A DNA stretch of 64,000 nucleotides from a virus, in IMG/VR virus record IMGVR_UViG_3300044641_010298, positions 40,213 through 104,212 of that record; one strand, written 5' to 3'. Position numbers and translations under genes: made by a program. Within the stretch, counting starts at the first letter, position 1. Each line of letters opens with the position of its first letter. The notes under the pieces are model-generated. The model made no database searches. It was not told where the DNA came from and worked only from the letters and a program-made list of their open reading frames with translations. Below are positions 31,980 through 41,441 of the stretch, piece after piece.

Positions 31980-32013
31980 TAAAAAGGCCACCTTTCGGTG
32001 GCCTTTTTATTTT
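31978..32013. terminator. bidirectional intrinsic terminator
   Basis: AATAAAAAGGCCACC-TTTC-GGTGGCCTTTTTATT between convergent genes. Confidence 0.9.
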
Positions 32014-32025
32014 GTGCAAAATCTA

Positions 32026-32223
32026 TCAGGTAGACTCTGCTGTGGTGTCCTCAGCACTCTTTGAAAGCTTAACGAGATCACCTGCAGACTGCTTGATCAA
32101 GCGAAGACCCTTCCTTGCGCGGACGCCTGCAGACTTATTTCCCTTTGCATTCTTCTTTACATCAAGCTCAACACTCTCAAAAAGGGTGCGAAGCTCTTCC
32201 CACTTATCAACAAGACTCATCAT
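32026..32223 (-). CDS. Hc1/histone H1-like small basic protein
   Basis: 'KNAKGNKSAGVRARKGLR' motif. Confidence 0.7.
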   Translation of the reverse strand: MMSLVDKWEELRTLFESVELDVKKNAKGNKSAGVRARKGLRLIKQSAGDLVKLSKSAEDTTAEST

Positions 32224-32453
32224 ACCTCCAATTGTGTTTTTTCAGCCTCTTCAAGAGGACTTCCTACAAATAACTTTGTCACGCCTGATATCTGCTCAAG
32301 CGCATCTCTGTTTTCTAGCGATATGCTTAAGAGATAGATTATTTGAAGTCTTTGCATATCATCAACTCCAAAATTTTCAATCTCTTTCACTATTTCTCTG
32401 CACTGTTGCAGTTTTTCAGCAACTTTATGCACCTTTGTGTGACCATAATCCAT
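32220..32453 (-). CDS. hypothetical protein
   Basis: 77 aa, coupled to neighbours. Confidence 0.6.
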   Translation of the reverse strand: MDYGHTKVHKVAEKLQQCREIVKEIENFGVDDMQRLQIIYLLSISLENRDALEQISGVTKLFVGSPLEEAEKTQLEV

Positions 32454-32920
32454 TAGAATCCAACTCCATCGCTGACTATCTCATTTCTGGTTCGGAAACT
32501 TCCATCTTTCTTGATCATCAGTATCTTTAAGTTTGTTCTGTTTGCCTGTTCGTCACGTCTAATAACAACCTCGGTCTCTTGGTTGTTTTCAAGGAGCCAC
32601 TCAATCTGTTCCCACGTTGCTATGTCAATATTTTGTGACTTGAGGTAGGCAGAAAGCCTCTCTGGTAGTCCAAGTTCAACATCTTCAATTGTTCTAACAC
32701 TTCCGCTCTCTTCTTTTCCATGAATTATCTCAGATCTACAATGATCGGTAATTCTGTGAAGAACGCCACAGTTATTGCATTGAACGACCTTTTCTCTTAC
32801 CTGATCATCTTCAACTATACTGAATGCAATGAACTTGTGAAAGATAGGAGGATTTGTGCTCCTGTACTGCGGTAGAACACAATGACACTGGATGAGGTGC
32901 TTGATGCCCTCGGTTGGCAT
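32453..32920 (-). CDS. hypothetical Zn-binding protein
   Basis: 'CHC', 'CNNC', 'HC' motifs. Confidence 0.6.
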   Translation of the reverse strand: MPTEGIKHLIQCHCVLPQYRSTNPPIFHKFIAFSIVEDDQVREKVVQCNNCGVLHRITDHCRSEIIHGKEESGSVRTIEDVELGLPERLSAYLKSQNIDIATWEQIEWLLENNQETEVVIRRDEQANRTNLKILMIKKDGSFRTRNEIVSDGVGF

Positions 32921-32922
32921 TT

Positions 32923-33144
32923 TTACCTCACTACCTCTTCAATGGACTTCTCGATCTGGCCAGAAGCATTGATGAATCCCTGCTCAAAAGAAGACTCAAT
33001 GACTCGAATTAGCTTCTGAGCGTCATTGTCATCGATCTTATAGATTCCTTGCATCTTTGCTTCAACGATATTTGCAATTACCCTATCCTTGACATGATCA
33101 ACAGCGACCTTAAATTCCGTTCTTAGTCGCGATGTTTTTGACAT
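32923..33144 (-). CDS. hypothetical protein
   Basis: likely start MSKTSRL at 33144 (GAGG upstream); the track's longer ORF overlaps the upstream gene. Confidence 0.55.
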   Translation of the reverse strand: MSKTSRLRTEFKVAVDHVKDRVIANIVEAKMQGIYKIDDNDAQKLIRVIESSFEQGFINASGQIEKSIEEVVR

Positions 33145-33166
33145 TTTCTTTTTTGCCTCACTTAAA

Positions 33167-34468
33167 TTAAACTGTTTCGATACCAGCAGCAACTGATCTG
33201 ATCGACGTCCTCGTCGATAAAAAAACCTTGATAGCCTGGTAAGCCATTTCAGCGGGTACCACATTGTTCCTTCCAAATAATAGACACATCTTAGCAGATG
33301 AAAACTCTTGGAAATCATTTTTTTCAATAAATCCAGATTTAAAAATCTTGGGAAGAGATCGAAATGTTCTATCTAGTCTCTCAACAATGTTAGGATCATT
33401 TTTTTGATCATCTATCCCGACTTCAATCTTTGTAGAAGAAGAAGAAAGGCTCCTTATTCTAGGCTCAAGAATATGAGCAAGATTTAGATTTTCATCAATT
33501 CTTTTTCTCAATCCCGTTGTATGAGCATGAACATCCTTTCTTGCAGACTCTCTTTCAATGCTAATTTGATTTCTTGAGATGATAACTCTGTCTGCTTCAG
33601 ACTTTTGTCTATCGATTCCTGTTGAAATCGTATCTCCTCGGGCTGCTGCAATGGGTTCAATTCCAAATATTATCCCAAGATCAACAAGAGTGTTGACGTG
33701 AAATTCTGTCACAGGAACTTTAACAAGAATTACGTCTAAATTTCCTGCAATGTAGTTCTTTGTCAAGGTTTCCATGACATCGGGTAGACAATCTAGACAA
33801 AATATTACACAAGGAATTCTATTTTTAGAAGAATCCTCGAGAAATCTGTGAATTTCGCTCACATTCTCAATTATTCCATCAATAATTATTGATCTTACAT
33901 TTTTCCTATTCCAAACACCTTTTTGAAGAAATCTCTGATCAATTTCAAGATCAGAAAATCCATATCCTAAAGACCTTGTGATCTTAGTGGCGGAAAGGGG
34001 AGACTTCTTCACAAGAATCTTGTCATCAGACATTATTGTAGAAAAAGTCTTCTCTATAATTCTTCTGTAAGGTTCACTTCCGGCATCAAAAGTCCTGAGA
34101 ATATCTCTCTTCCTTGAGGGAATTGATCTCTCTGAAATTTTGGACAATATCTTGTCCCACTCATCATCGGGCTCTGCGCCAATCGACTTCTTTGCGATGT
34201 CGTCAATTACTGCACTTGATAAAATTCTAAGAAATAGCTCTCCTGCGCCAGCAGCATATTTTTCAGCCTGAATTGCTGCTGACTCGATCATAGGGGTTAT
34301 CAATCCGTCTCTATTAGATCCTCTCCTGATCACAAGGGTCTGTACTGGATCCCTGTGGGATCCAGACTGAGTGAAGGCATCTCCAGCATCGCAAATTTTT
34401 TGTATGTCATCACATGCTTTTCTTGCTTTGCTGGAGATCTCTCTTTCATTTAGGAATCTTGTGTACAT
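33167..34468 (-). CDS. degenerate chaperonin (GroEL/Cpn60-like)
   Basis: apical-domain-like 'IIIDGIIENVSEIHRFLE...PCVIF...VILVKVP', 'TKIEVG'; 'AAGAGE' where GroEL has AGDGTT; likely start MYTR at 34468. Confidence 0.5.
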   Translation of the reverse strand: MYTRFLNEREISSKARKACDDIQKICDAGDAFTQSGSHRDPVQTLVIRRGSNRDGLITPMIESAAIQAEKYAAGAGELFLRILSSAVIDDIAKKSIGAEPDDEWDKILSKISERSIPSRKRDILRTFDAGSEPYRRIIEKTFSTIMSDDKILVKKSPLSATKITRSLGYGFSDLEIDQRFLQKGVWNRKNVRSIIIDGIIENVSEIHRFLEDSSKNRIPCVIFCLDCLPDVMETLTKNYIAGNLDVILVKVPVTEFHVNTLVDLGIIFGIEPIAAARGDTISTGIDRQKSEADRVIISRNQISIERESARKDVHAHTTGLRKRIDENLNLAHILEPRIRSLSSSSTKIEVGIDDQKNDPNIVERLDRTFRSLPKIFKSGFIEKNDFQEFSSAKMCLLFGRNNVVPAEMAYQAIKVFLSTRTSIRSVAAGIETV

Positions 34469-34481
34469 GTCTCCATTATTA

Positions 34482-36407
34482 TCAGGAATCTCTCCAAAGA
34501 TTATTGGCAGCGAAAGTAATAATCTCTTCTGCTGATTCTGGCGTGTAACCGTAGTCCTTGACCATGGTCTCAACCATCTCAGAGTACTTCTTCTGCTGCT
34601 CATTATCACGGCTCTTGGACTTGGTGACAATCCTCGCTAGATCCTTGACAGTGGCAATCAGATAGCTCTCAATTGCCTCTTTGAGGGGCTCATAGGACTT
34701 ATAATCAACCTTTTGTCCGCGACGAACCTTGGCAAACATGTAAGCCGTGACATCAGCTCGGAATCCATCACGAGAAGATCCGACAATTCCGATCTGCTCC
34801 TCGATTGCCTTCATAAACTTCTCATCAGGCTCTCTCTCCTCGTTTGTCACACGATCCTTGAGCCGCTGCTTTGTGGTGAATGACTCAGCATTGTCGAGGT
34901 AGTTGTCGAAGAGCGACTGTGCCTGTTCCTCGTAGGCGGTGACAAAGGCCTTGGCAATCTCACCCTCAAGGATTTTTAGATATTCCTCGCGAATAAGCTT
35001 CTGCAGAATCTCTAGGTAGTTCTTCTTCTTCTCCTCGTCAATGATCTGCTCCTTCACCTGCTTGATAAGCGCATCGATGACTCGCATGGGAGTGATGAAA
35101 CTCTTATCAGAATCAGTGAGAGCAGAGTCGATTGCCTTGGTGATGAATCGTGTTGAGATTCCGTCCATTCCCTCGTGCTTGGCCTCGTCTCGGAGGTCCT
35201 TGATATCAACCTTCTTGGTGCGACCCTTCTCGACAACTTCTTGGCCATCATAGATCTTCATCTTGGTGAGAAGATCGCACTTCTGAGATGGCTTTAGGCG
35301 GCTCATGACCGAGAACATTGCAGCGACCTTGATGGTGTGCGGAGAGAGATGTGCCTTAAAATCAGATCTACGAAGCATCTTATCGTAAATCTTCATCTCC
35401 TGAGTGAGCTCTAGGACGTATGGGACCTCAATCTTTACGACTCGATCTAGAATTGCCTCGTTCGTATGCTCCGACTTAAATCGATTCCACTCTGACTCAT
35501 TACAGTGTGAGATGATGACTCCATCGAAGTAAAGCATTGCGTTCTTACCAGGAGTCGGAACGTTCTTTTCTTGGGTTGCTGTGATGATGGTATGGAGGAA
35601 CTCGATCTCATTCTTAAAGATCTCAACGAATTCAACCACGCCGCGGTTGCCAACATTGAAGGCACCGTCAAGAGAAAGAACCCGAGGATCATTCTCAGAG
35701 TACTTGTCGAGCTTCGAGATGTCCTCAGAACCGATGAGTGCAGAGACGTCCTGAGAGTTGGCATCCATGGGAGGTACAACAGCAATACCACGACGAGCAC
35801 GCTGTGAAAACCCGCTGCGAACAATTGGGAACTTCTCGTACTCTCCCTTGAAATCCTCCATCAGCCTGTGTCGACAAATTGGACAGAGGTCACCCTCGAT
35901 GTGCACACCAAGCGCCTTCTCAAATTGATCTCTGAGGGCGCGCGGTAGAAGGTGAAGGGGCTCCTCTCGAACTGGGCACCCTTCGAGGTGGTAAACAGGC
36001 TCAGCTGCCTTCTCAAGCGACTTCTTGACAGCATCTGCAAGTGCGCTCTTTCCGGATCCAACTGGTCCCATGAGAAGAAGAACCTGTCGACTCTCCTCGC
36101 CCTTCAGTGACGCAGACTTTAGGAATCTCATGATCTTAGCGATGACTCGCTCATGACCATAAAACTCGTCCTTAAAGTAATTGTAGATCTTGAGCTTGTC
36201 ACCATCGAATAGCTTCTTGCAACGTGGATCTGATTCATCCATTGTTTCGATTCCGTATGTTGCAACTGAATCGAAAAGTCGACGTGCTGAAAGCTTGGAA
36301 ACATCTGGATTCTCCTTTAGGACTTCCAGATAGTCCACCAGCGTTCCTGTCCAGGGCTCCTTCTGGCTCTCTGCTCTTTGCTGCTTAATAAGCTTTAGAA
36401 AATCCAT
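34482..36407 (-). CDS. prkA: PrkA/YeaG AAA+ serine kinase
   Basis: 'LLMGPVGSGKS', 'CPVREEPL', 'GNRGVVEFVEIFK', 'NEAILDR', 'EGMDGISTRF'; start MDFLK with GAGG. Confidence 0.93.
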   Translation of the reverse strand: MDFLKLIKQQRAESQKEPWTGTLVDYLEVLKENPDVSKLSARRLFDSVATYGIETMDESDPRCKKLFDGDKLKIYNYFKDEFYGHERVIAKIMRFLKSASLKGEESRQVLLLMGPVGSGKSALADAVKKSLEKAAEPVYHLEGCPVREEPLHLLPRALRDQFEKALGVHIEGDLCPICRHRLMEDFKGEYEKFPIVRSGFSQRARRGIAVVPPMDANSQDVSALIGSEDISKLDKYSENDPRVLSLDGAFNVGNRGVVEFVEIFKNEIEFLHTIITATQEKNVPTPGKNAMLYFDGVIISHCNESEWNRFKSEHTNEAILDRVVKIEVPYVLELTQEMKIYDKMLRRSDFKAHLSPHTIKVAAMFSVMSRLKPSQKCDLLTKMKIYDGQEVVEKGRTKKVDIKDLRDEAKHEGMDGISTRFITKAIDSALTDSDKSFITPMRVIDALIKQVKEQIIDEEKKKNYLEILQKLIREEYLKILEGEIAKAFVTAYEEQAQSLFDNYLDNAESFTTKQRLKDRVTNEEREPDEKFMKAIEEQIGIVGSSRDGFRADVTAYMFAKVRRGQKVDYKSYEPLKEAIESYLIATVKDLARIVTKSKSRDNEQQKKYSEMVETMVKDYGYTPESAEEIITFAANNLWRDS

Positions 36408-36417
36408 TTTAGACCTC

Positions 36418-37722
36418 TCAGATTTCAAAATATTCGTCCTCGATCTCAGTTACCAGCTTAACTGGACCACCCCAGATCTCGCTGATATTTTTTACGCAAT
36501 TGTCAGCATAGTCAAGCTCAAGATCCCTGCCATCATGTTCGTGAACAAGTATCAAAGTATCCTTCTTGACTTCATCAACGTAAATGATAGGAATGCCATT
36601 GCCACCCACTGAGTTCAGTAGCGTCTGACGACACACCTTCCATCCGTCCTCATCTGACAAATCATCAATTGTCCAGTCTCCGTTCCGCTTCTTTGCTGAG
36701 TAGGTGAAAAGATTAAGCTTCTCACAAATGTCTCGATCCAGATACTGCATGATGAAAGACTCGTCATTGTGGACCTCCCTTGCGATAAAGCACTCCTCGA
36801 TTCCTCTCTCCTCTTCAATTTTCTTGAAGAGCTCAAATCCCAGATGATAAGGGTTGATTGATCCACCCCAGGGTCGAAGAACAAGGTTATGAATTCTGAG
36901 AAATGGAATGTGCATACTGTCAGGTAGCTCAAGCTGATTTAAAGTACGATAGTGCCAAAAACTTGCCCATCCCTCATTCATTACCTTTGTCCTGATCTGT
37001 GGCATGAAGTAGAGAGATTCTCCCCTGATGATCTCAATAATATCTTTCTGCCAAGGCTTAAGGTCTTTACAATTTTCCTGAAGGAATAGTAGAAGATCAT
37101 ATTCAGGTGCTAAAGGATGCTTAATCTGATCAGAATCTTTAAGATTTTTTGTATTCTTACTATCCTTCCAGAAAGATTCAACTAGATCTCTCTCTTCTCT
37201 CCTGAATCTTCCTCTCCTGTCAACCTGATACTGAATACTGTGGCATGAATCTATTAATTTCTCAACTCTTTCTATTCCAATTGAAGGATCTTCAATGTAT
37301 GACTGAATTCTAGATCTTGCGCTTCTAAATCTTGTTGTTACATTGTCAGCATCTGTATCTCTAAAAGTTCTGTTCTTCTTAAAGAAATCAGAATGACCCA
37401 CACAATGAGCCATAATCAGAACCTGAAGATATAGAGGATTCTCAAGCATCAGATATGCAATAGAAGGATTTGAGTTAATGATCAACTCATAAGGCAATCC
37501 CTCAGCTCCTGCATTGTACATGTGATGAGTTCTTTCAAATGACTTTCCATATGACCAGTGAGAAAAGTGAGAAGGCATGCCATGATAAGACATGTTTCCT
37601 ATCATCTCAAAATAATCACATGTCTCATATGCAATCTCATACCAGTCTAGCCCGCTCGCCTTAGAGATTTCGCATATCCTCCGGTCCCAGTCGGCAAGCT
37701 CCTCCATGGTCCAATTAGACAT
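36418..37722 (-). CDS. spoVR: SpoVR/YcgB family protein
   Basis: 'GMPSHFSHWSYGK', 'YELIINSNP', 'AHCVGHSDFFK', 'PQIRTKVMNEGWASFWH', 'NPYHLG'. Confidence 0.95.
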   Translation of the reverse strand: MSNWTMEELADWDRRICEISKASGLDWYEIAYETCDYFEMIGNMSYHGMPSHFSHWSYGKSFERTHHMYNAGAEGLPYELIINSNPSIAYLMLENPLYLQVLIMAHCVGHSDFFKKNRTFRDTDADNVTTRFRSARSRIQSYIEDPSIGIERVEKLIDSCHSIQYQVDRRGRFRREERDLVESFWKDSKNTKNLKDSDQIKHPLAPEYDLLLFLQENCKDLKPWQKDIIEIIRGESLYFMPQIRTKVMNEGWASFWHYRTLNQLELPDSMHIPFLRIHNLVLRPWGGSINPYHLGFELFKKIEEERGIEECFIAREVHNDESFIMQYLDRDICEKLNLFTYSAKKRNGDWTIDDLSDEDGWKVCRQTLLNSVGGNGIPIIYVDEVKKDTLILVHEHDGRDLELDYADNCVKNISEIWGGPVKLVTEIEDEYFEI

Positions 37723-38908
37723 CTTCGATTCCTCCAAAAAGCTTCTTGAATACTGGCCAGATATCCTGTGCATTCTTAATAATGTTCATTTTAAACTTGG
37801 TATTCTGAAGTGAAACAAGGCTTCCCCAGACTGTCTTATCAACATCCTCATTCCAAGAGCTATCTGAACGAACTCCTGTTAAAATCTCAGAATATCCAAT
37901 CATTTGTGATATATCAGCAAGCTCTGCAAATTCTTTCTTTGCTTTTGCATTGTCTTCAGGCCAGTTATCACCATCAGTACAATGAAAAGCGTAGATGTTC
38001 CATGAAGAAGGGTGGAAGCGCTTCATTGCAATCTCTCTGGCAAGTGCCGGAGCCGAGCTAATGTACGTTCCTCCAGACTCGACACGCTTAAAGAACGAGT
38101 CTTCGTCAACTTCCCTAGCCTCAGTTGTGTGAGAGATGAATACAATTTCAAGATTCTCATACTTGTATCGAAGAAAATGGTATAGAACAAAGAAGAATGA
38201 TCTTGCTATGTATTTAACATCTTTCGTCATTGATCCTGATACATCCATCATAAAAAATACAACCGCGCTTGATGACTCCTTTGGTTTTGACTTAATGTGA
38301 TGATACCTTAGATCATTATCATGAAACGGGAATAGCTCTTCACCTGTCTCAGGATCTATCTCAATCTCGCCTGCTCTCTTTGCAGCAGATTTTCTCTTGA
38401 TTCTCTCAATTGCAGAAAGCTTCTTGTCAAGACGAGGCTGGATGCCAGTAGTTCTAGTTCCGTGGCGCTTTGGCTTCTCCTGCATGATTGTCTTGAGTCT
38501 CTTCTTATCAAGATCTGGCAGGCTTAAAGAGTCAAAAAGATATTCAGCTAATTCCTCTAGGGAGATCTCAACCTCATATGCCTCTTCGCCTTTATCTTTT
38601 CCCGCCTTGTTTCCACCGCCCTGACCTTGTTGTTGACCCTTTCTAACAACCTGACCTTCCTCAATGTCTTGACCCGGAGCAGATCCTATCTTCTTTTGTC
38701 CGGTGTTGTCACCGTATACAAACTGCCATTCCTTAATTCCTCGAACTGGAATTTTTATCCGCTTCTTTCCGTCTTGGCCAATAATTGATTCTTCAGAAAT
38801 AATGTCAGTAATACCATCTCTAATGGCTTTTTCAATCTTCTTCTTGTGTCTCGATCGATCTGAAGCAGACCTATCTGCAGACGTCTTGTGTTCGCGAAAG
38901 ATTGACAA
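37715..38908 (-). CDS. yeaH: YeaH/YhbH (DUF444) vWA-like protein
   Basis: 'DRSRH', 'PFHDNDLRY', 'MMDVSGSM', 'ESGGT', 'WNIYAFHCTDGDN'. Confidence 0.93.
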   Translation of the reverse strand: MSIFREHKTSADRSASDRSRHKKKIEKAIRDGITDIISEESIIGQDGKKRIKIPVRGIKEWQFVYGDNTGQKKIGSAPGQDIEEGQVVRKGQQQGQGGGNKAGKDKGEEAYEVEISLEELAEYLFDSLSLPDLDKKRLKTIMQEKPKRHGTRTTGIQPRLDKKLSAIERIKRKSAAKRAGEIEIDPETGEELFPFHDNDLRYHHIKSKPKESSSAVVFFMMDVSGSMTKDVKYIARSFFFVLYHFLRYKYENLEIVFISHTTEAREVDEDSFFKRVESGGTYISSAPALAREIAMKRFHPSSWNIYAFHCTDGDNWPEDNAKAKKEFAELADISQMIGYSEILTGVRSDSSWNEDVDKTVWGSLVSLQNTKFKMNIIKNAQDIWPVFKKLFGGIEDV

Positions 38909-39033
38909 AATTACTCCTTAGGACATTAGAATAATACACCAGCATGTTGATTCGTTCTATAGCTACATATTTAGAAATACTAGCAATATTCGTCTCACGG
39001 GCTTTATTTTGGATCACAAGAGGAAAAGAAAAG

Positions 39034-39414
39034 ATGAGAAAAATGATAGTAGAAAAGAGTTGCGCTCAAGACAAAGATTCTGTATCTCTCATCTGCCAAT
39101 TTTGTCTATTTGCTACAGATCATCTTAAAATCGGAGATACAGATTATAAAGTTGTCATTACTGGGGATAAAGAAAAGCACGGAATTAAAACAACGGCATA
39201 TTTCAATCCCCAAACAAATGATCTAGTTATCTTTACAGCTGGCAGACATCCGCACGATATTTGTCGATCAATTGCACACGAGATGGTCCACATGCGTCAA
39301 GGAAAGCACAATTTCTATGGAAAGAAGAATATTAAAGATGTCGGAGGATTCTTTGAGGACGAAGCAAACGCTGTCGCAGGTCAAATTGTAAAGCTTTTTA
39401 TAGCATACAGATGA
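39034..39414 (+). CDS. zincin-like metallopeptidase
   Basis: 'RSIAHEMVHMRQ...EDEAN' HExxH; start uncertain (38944 or 39034). Confidence 0.6.
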   Translation: MRKMIVEKSCAQDKDSVSLICQFCLFATDHLKIGDTDYKVVITGDKEKHGIKTTAYFNPQTNDLVIFTAGRHPHDICRSIAHEMVHMRQGKHNFYGKKNIKDVGGFFEDEANAVAGQIVKLFIAYR

Positions 39415-39416
39415 AA

Positions 39417-39710
39417 CTATCTTCCAAATGCGATAATCTTCCATGCCTCTGGAAGGACTGCAATTCCTTCTTCGTGATCATTATCAAATGTCTCATCCTC
39501 AGCGTCTGTGTGCATTGCTTTACCTTGCGCTGCATCTAGGGCACTATCTGGATCCTCATCTGGAATTACTTCAATTCTAGACTGCGTGCCTACAGAATAT
39601 GAGCCAGGCTCGGCGACATAAGACTCTCTCTTGCCTGTAATCTCACCTTCTAGAAATTTTTTAACTTCCTCTTTGATGATTCTTCGAACCATTTTTTCGG
39701 ATATTATCAT
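39417..39710 (-). CDS. leader-motif protein (MIISEKMVRRIIKEE)
   Basis: 97 aa, acidic; GATATGTAG upstream. Confidence 0.7.
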   Translation of the reverse strand: MIISEKMVRRIIKEEVKKFLEGEITGKRESYVAEPGSYSVGTQSRIEVIPDEDPDSALDAAQGKAMHTDAEDETFDNDHEEGIAVLPEAWKIIAFGR

Positions 39711-39746
39711 TTAAGGCCTCTGTGATTCTACATATCTAGCCTATTG

Positions 39747-40568
39747 TCACTCATCCGGAAAAATCGATGAATCAAGCAATACCAGCCTGCCATCTCTGGC
39801 AATTCCAGTATTTTCACCGTTTATCTCGCTAACCCTGATATTGTACCGACCTAGCGCTCGGATGAATCCAGCAAACGTGGACGAGCTATCTTTGAGATCA
39901 CTGCGGATCGAGAGGAGAGAAATATCAGGATTTTGACTTTTTCTCACAATTTCCCCGCCAGGAAAATAATGTCGCAGGGTATCTTCCTCCCTCAATCTCT
40001 CCTGACGCCTGTCATTGTACCCTCCGAGGAGCACACGAATTAGGGTCGCGTATTCCTCAAGGCCCGTTTCCCCTAGAGATTTTGGATTAGGCAGAAGATC
40101 TGTTCGAAAGAATCGAAAGAAATCCGCCTCACGACGCAGCGGCTCAACTTCCTCCATGACGATCCAGGAGAAATCAGGCGCGTGCTCATATGATCGCGGA
40201 AAAACATCCGTTACGAGATCGTCTTGCCCCATTGTCCAGTCGTCCTGATTCATCTGACCAACATCAAAATCATCTGCTGGAATAGATCTCAGCCTGTCCT
40301 TGGAGATCTTGAGGACACGATTATTTCCAATAGTGAAAGTGACCCGAAAGGAGCCGTCTGCAATGTACTCAACCGGAATCCCGAATTTTTCTCGCAAGGA
40401 TTCAACTTCAGGATCATCAGGTCCAAACATCCACTCACCATGTCGACTAAACATCTCCATGAGAATATCTGAAAGTGCATCCAGGGTGCTTACACTTGTG
40501 ACCGCTTTCTGCTTTATTGAATCTGCAATAACCTCTTGAATTAAAGATTTAAGTAGATTCATCTTCAT
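39747..40568 (-). CDS. protein-kinase-like fold protein with leader motif
   Basis: 'IADGSFRVTF', 'VLKIS', 'WIVMEEV', 'SEINGENTG', 'LVLLD'. Confidence 0.55.
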   Translation of the reverse strand: MKMNLLKSLIQEVIADSIKQKAVTSVSTLDALSDILMEMFSRHGEWMFGPDDPEVESLREKFGIPVEYIADGSFRVTFTIGNNRVLKISKDRLRSIPADDFDVGQMNQDDWTMGQDDLVTDVFPRSYEHAPDFSWIVMEEVEPLRREADFFRFFRTDLLPNPKSLGETGLEEYATLIRVLLGGYNDRRQERLREEDTLRHYFPGGEIVRKSQNPDISLLSIRSDLKDSSSTFAGFIRALGRYNIRVSEINGENTGIARDGRLVLLDSSIFPDE

Positions 40569-41433
40569 CTTTCAGAAGCTCCAAGATCTCGCCCGCCTGA
40601 ATCGCTCCAACAGGTCCAGTTAGCACCATCCCGAGCAATCGCTCAACGAGATCCTCGTCCTCCTCAAATTTGAGGAACTCGGCGACCCTCCCGAAAGAAC
40701 CGTTGATGGTCCGAAGGGCCTCGATCTCCTCAGGGTTGCTCTTGATGATCTCAATCGCATCAAGGTAACCCGCTGAGTACTGCTTGTTCTTCTCATTGTA
40801 CGTGTTTCGGAGCCAGGCACTGATCCGCTCACAGGCGAAATCAAGATCGCTGACCCCTTCAACCCAGCGTTGGCTCTCATTGGACGCTGTACGCTGGATC
40901 TCTTTTCCCATCTCCGGATGCTGCCTGTAGACTGTTGCACCGAGGCTATCGAGGAAGTACTGTGGACTTGCGACAAAGTTGTCCTCAGTGTGGCTCTCGT
41001 AGTACTCCATTACCTTACTGAAGATCGAGATGAGGTGCTCGGCAGCACGACGCTGGTCATCTGCATCCTGATCTTCAATCTTCACGTACTTCCAGCCGCC
41101 GTCAGGATCTTTCACCACACGCCACGCAGCGTCGTCGGCAATCTCCTTGAGGCGCTTGAGACCGGTGCCGGTGATCCAGGTACGGCAGAAGCAGGCGATG
41201 ACGTAAGCGACGTCATCGATGTGGGTGGGATCCTCAACATTTGGCAGCGGCTTCGGTGGGTCTTCCTTCTTTGCAGGCGGTGTCCAGTCCTCCTCGCCAT
41301 CGTCCGCGTCGGAAGCGCCGTCCCAGTCATCTTCGTAATCATCATCATCGACTGCCTCGAGGACCCGCTTCATCTCTTCCTTGATAATGTTTCTAAGTCT
41401 TGTTTCATTGATGAACATAGGATCTTCTCTCAT
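40549..41433 (-). CDS. leader-motif protein with C-terminal GPxGxxQA motif
   Basis: 'INETRLRNIIKEEM'; 'VLTGPVGAIQAGEIL'. Confidence 0.7.
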   Translation of the reverse strand: MREDPMFINETRLRNIIKEEMKRVLEAVDDDDYEDDWDGASDADDGEEDWTPPAKKEDPPKPLPNVEDPTHIDDVAYVIACFCRTWITGTGLKRLKEIADDAAWRVVKDPDGGWKYVKIEDQDADDQRRAAEHLISIFSKVMEYYESHTEDNFVASPQYFLDSLGATVYRQHPEMGKEIQRTASNESQRWVEGVSDLDFACERISAWLRNTYNEKNKQYSAGYLDAIEIIKSNPEEIEALRTINGSFGRVAEFLKFEEDEDLVERLLGMVLTGPVGAIQAGEILELLKDEDEST

Positions 41434-41441
41434 GTCTTTAA

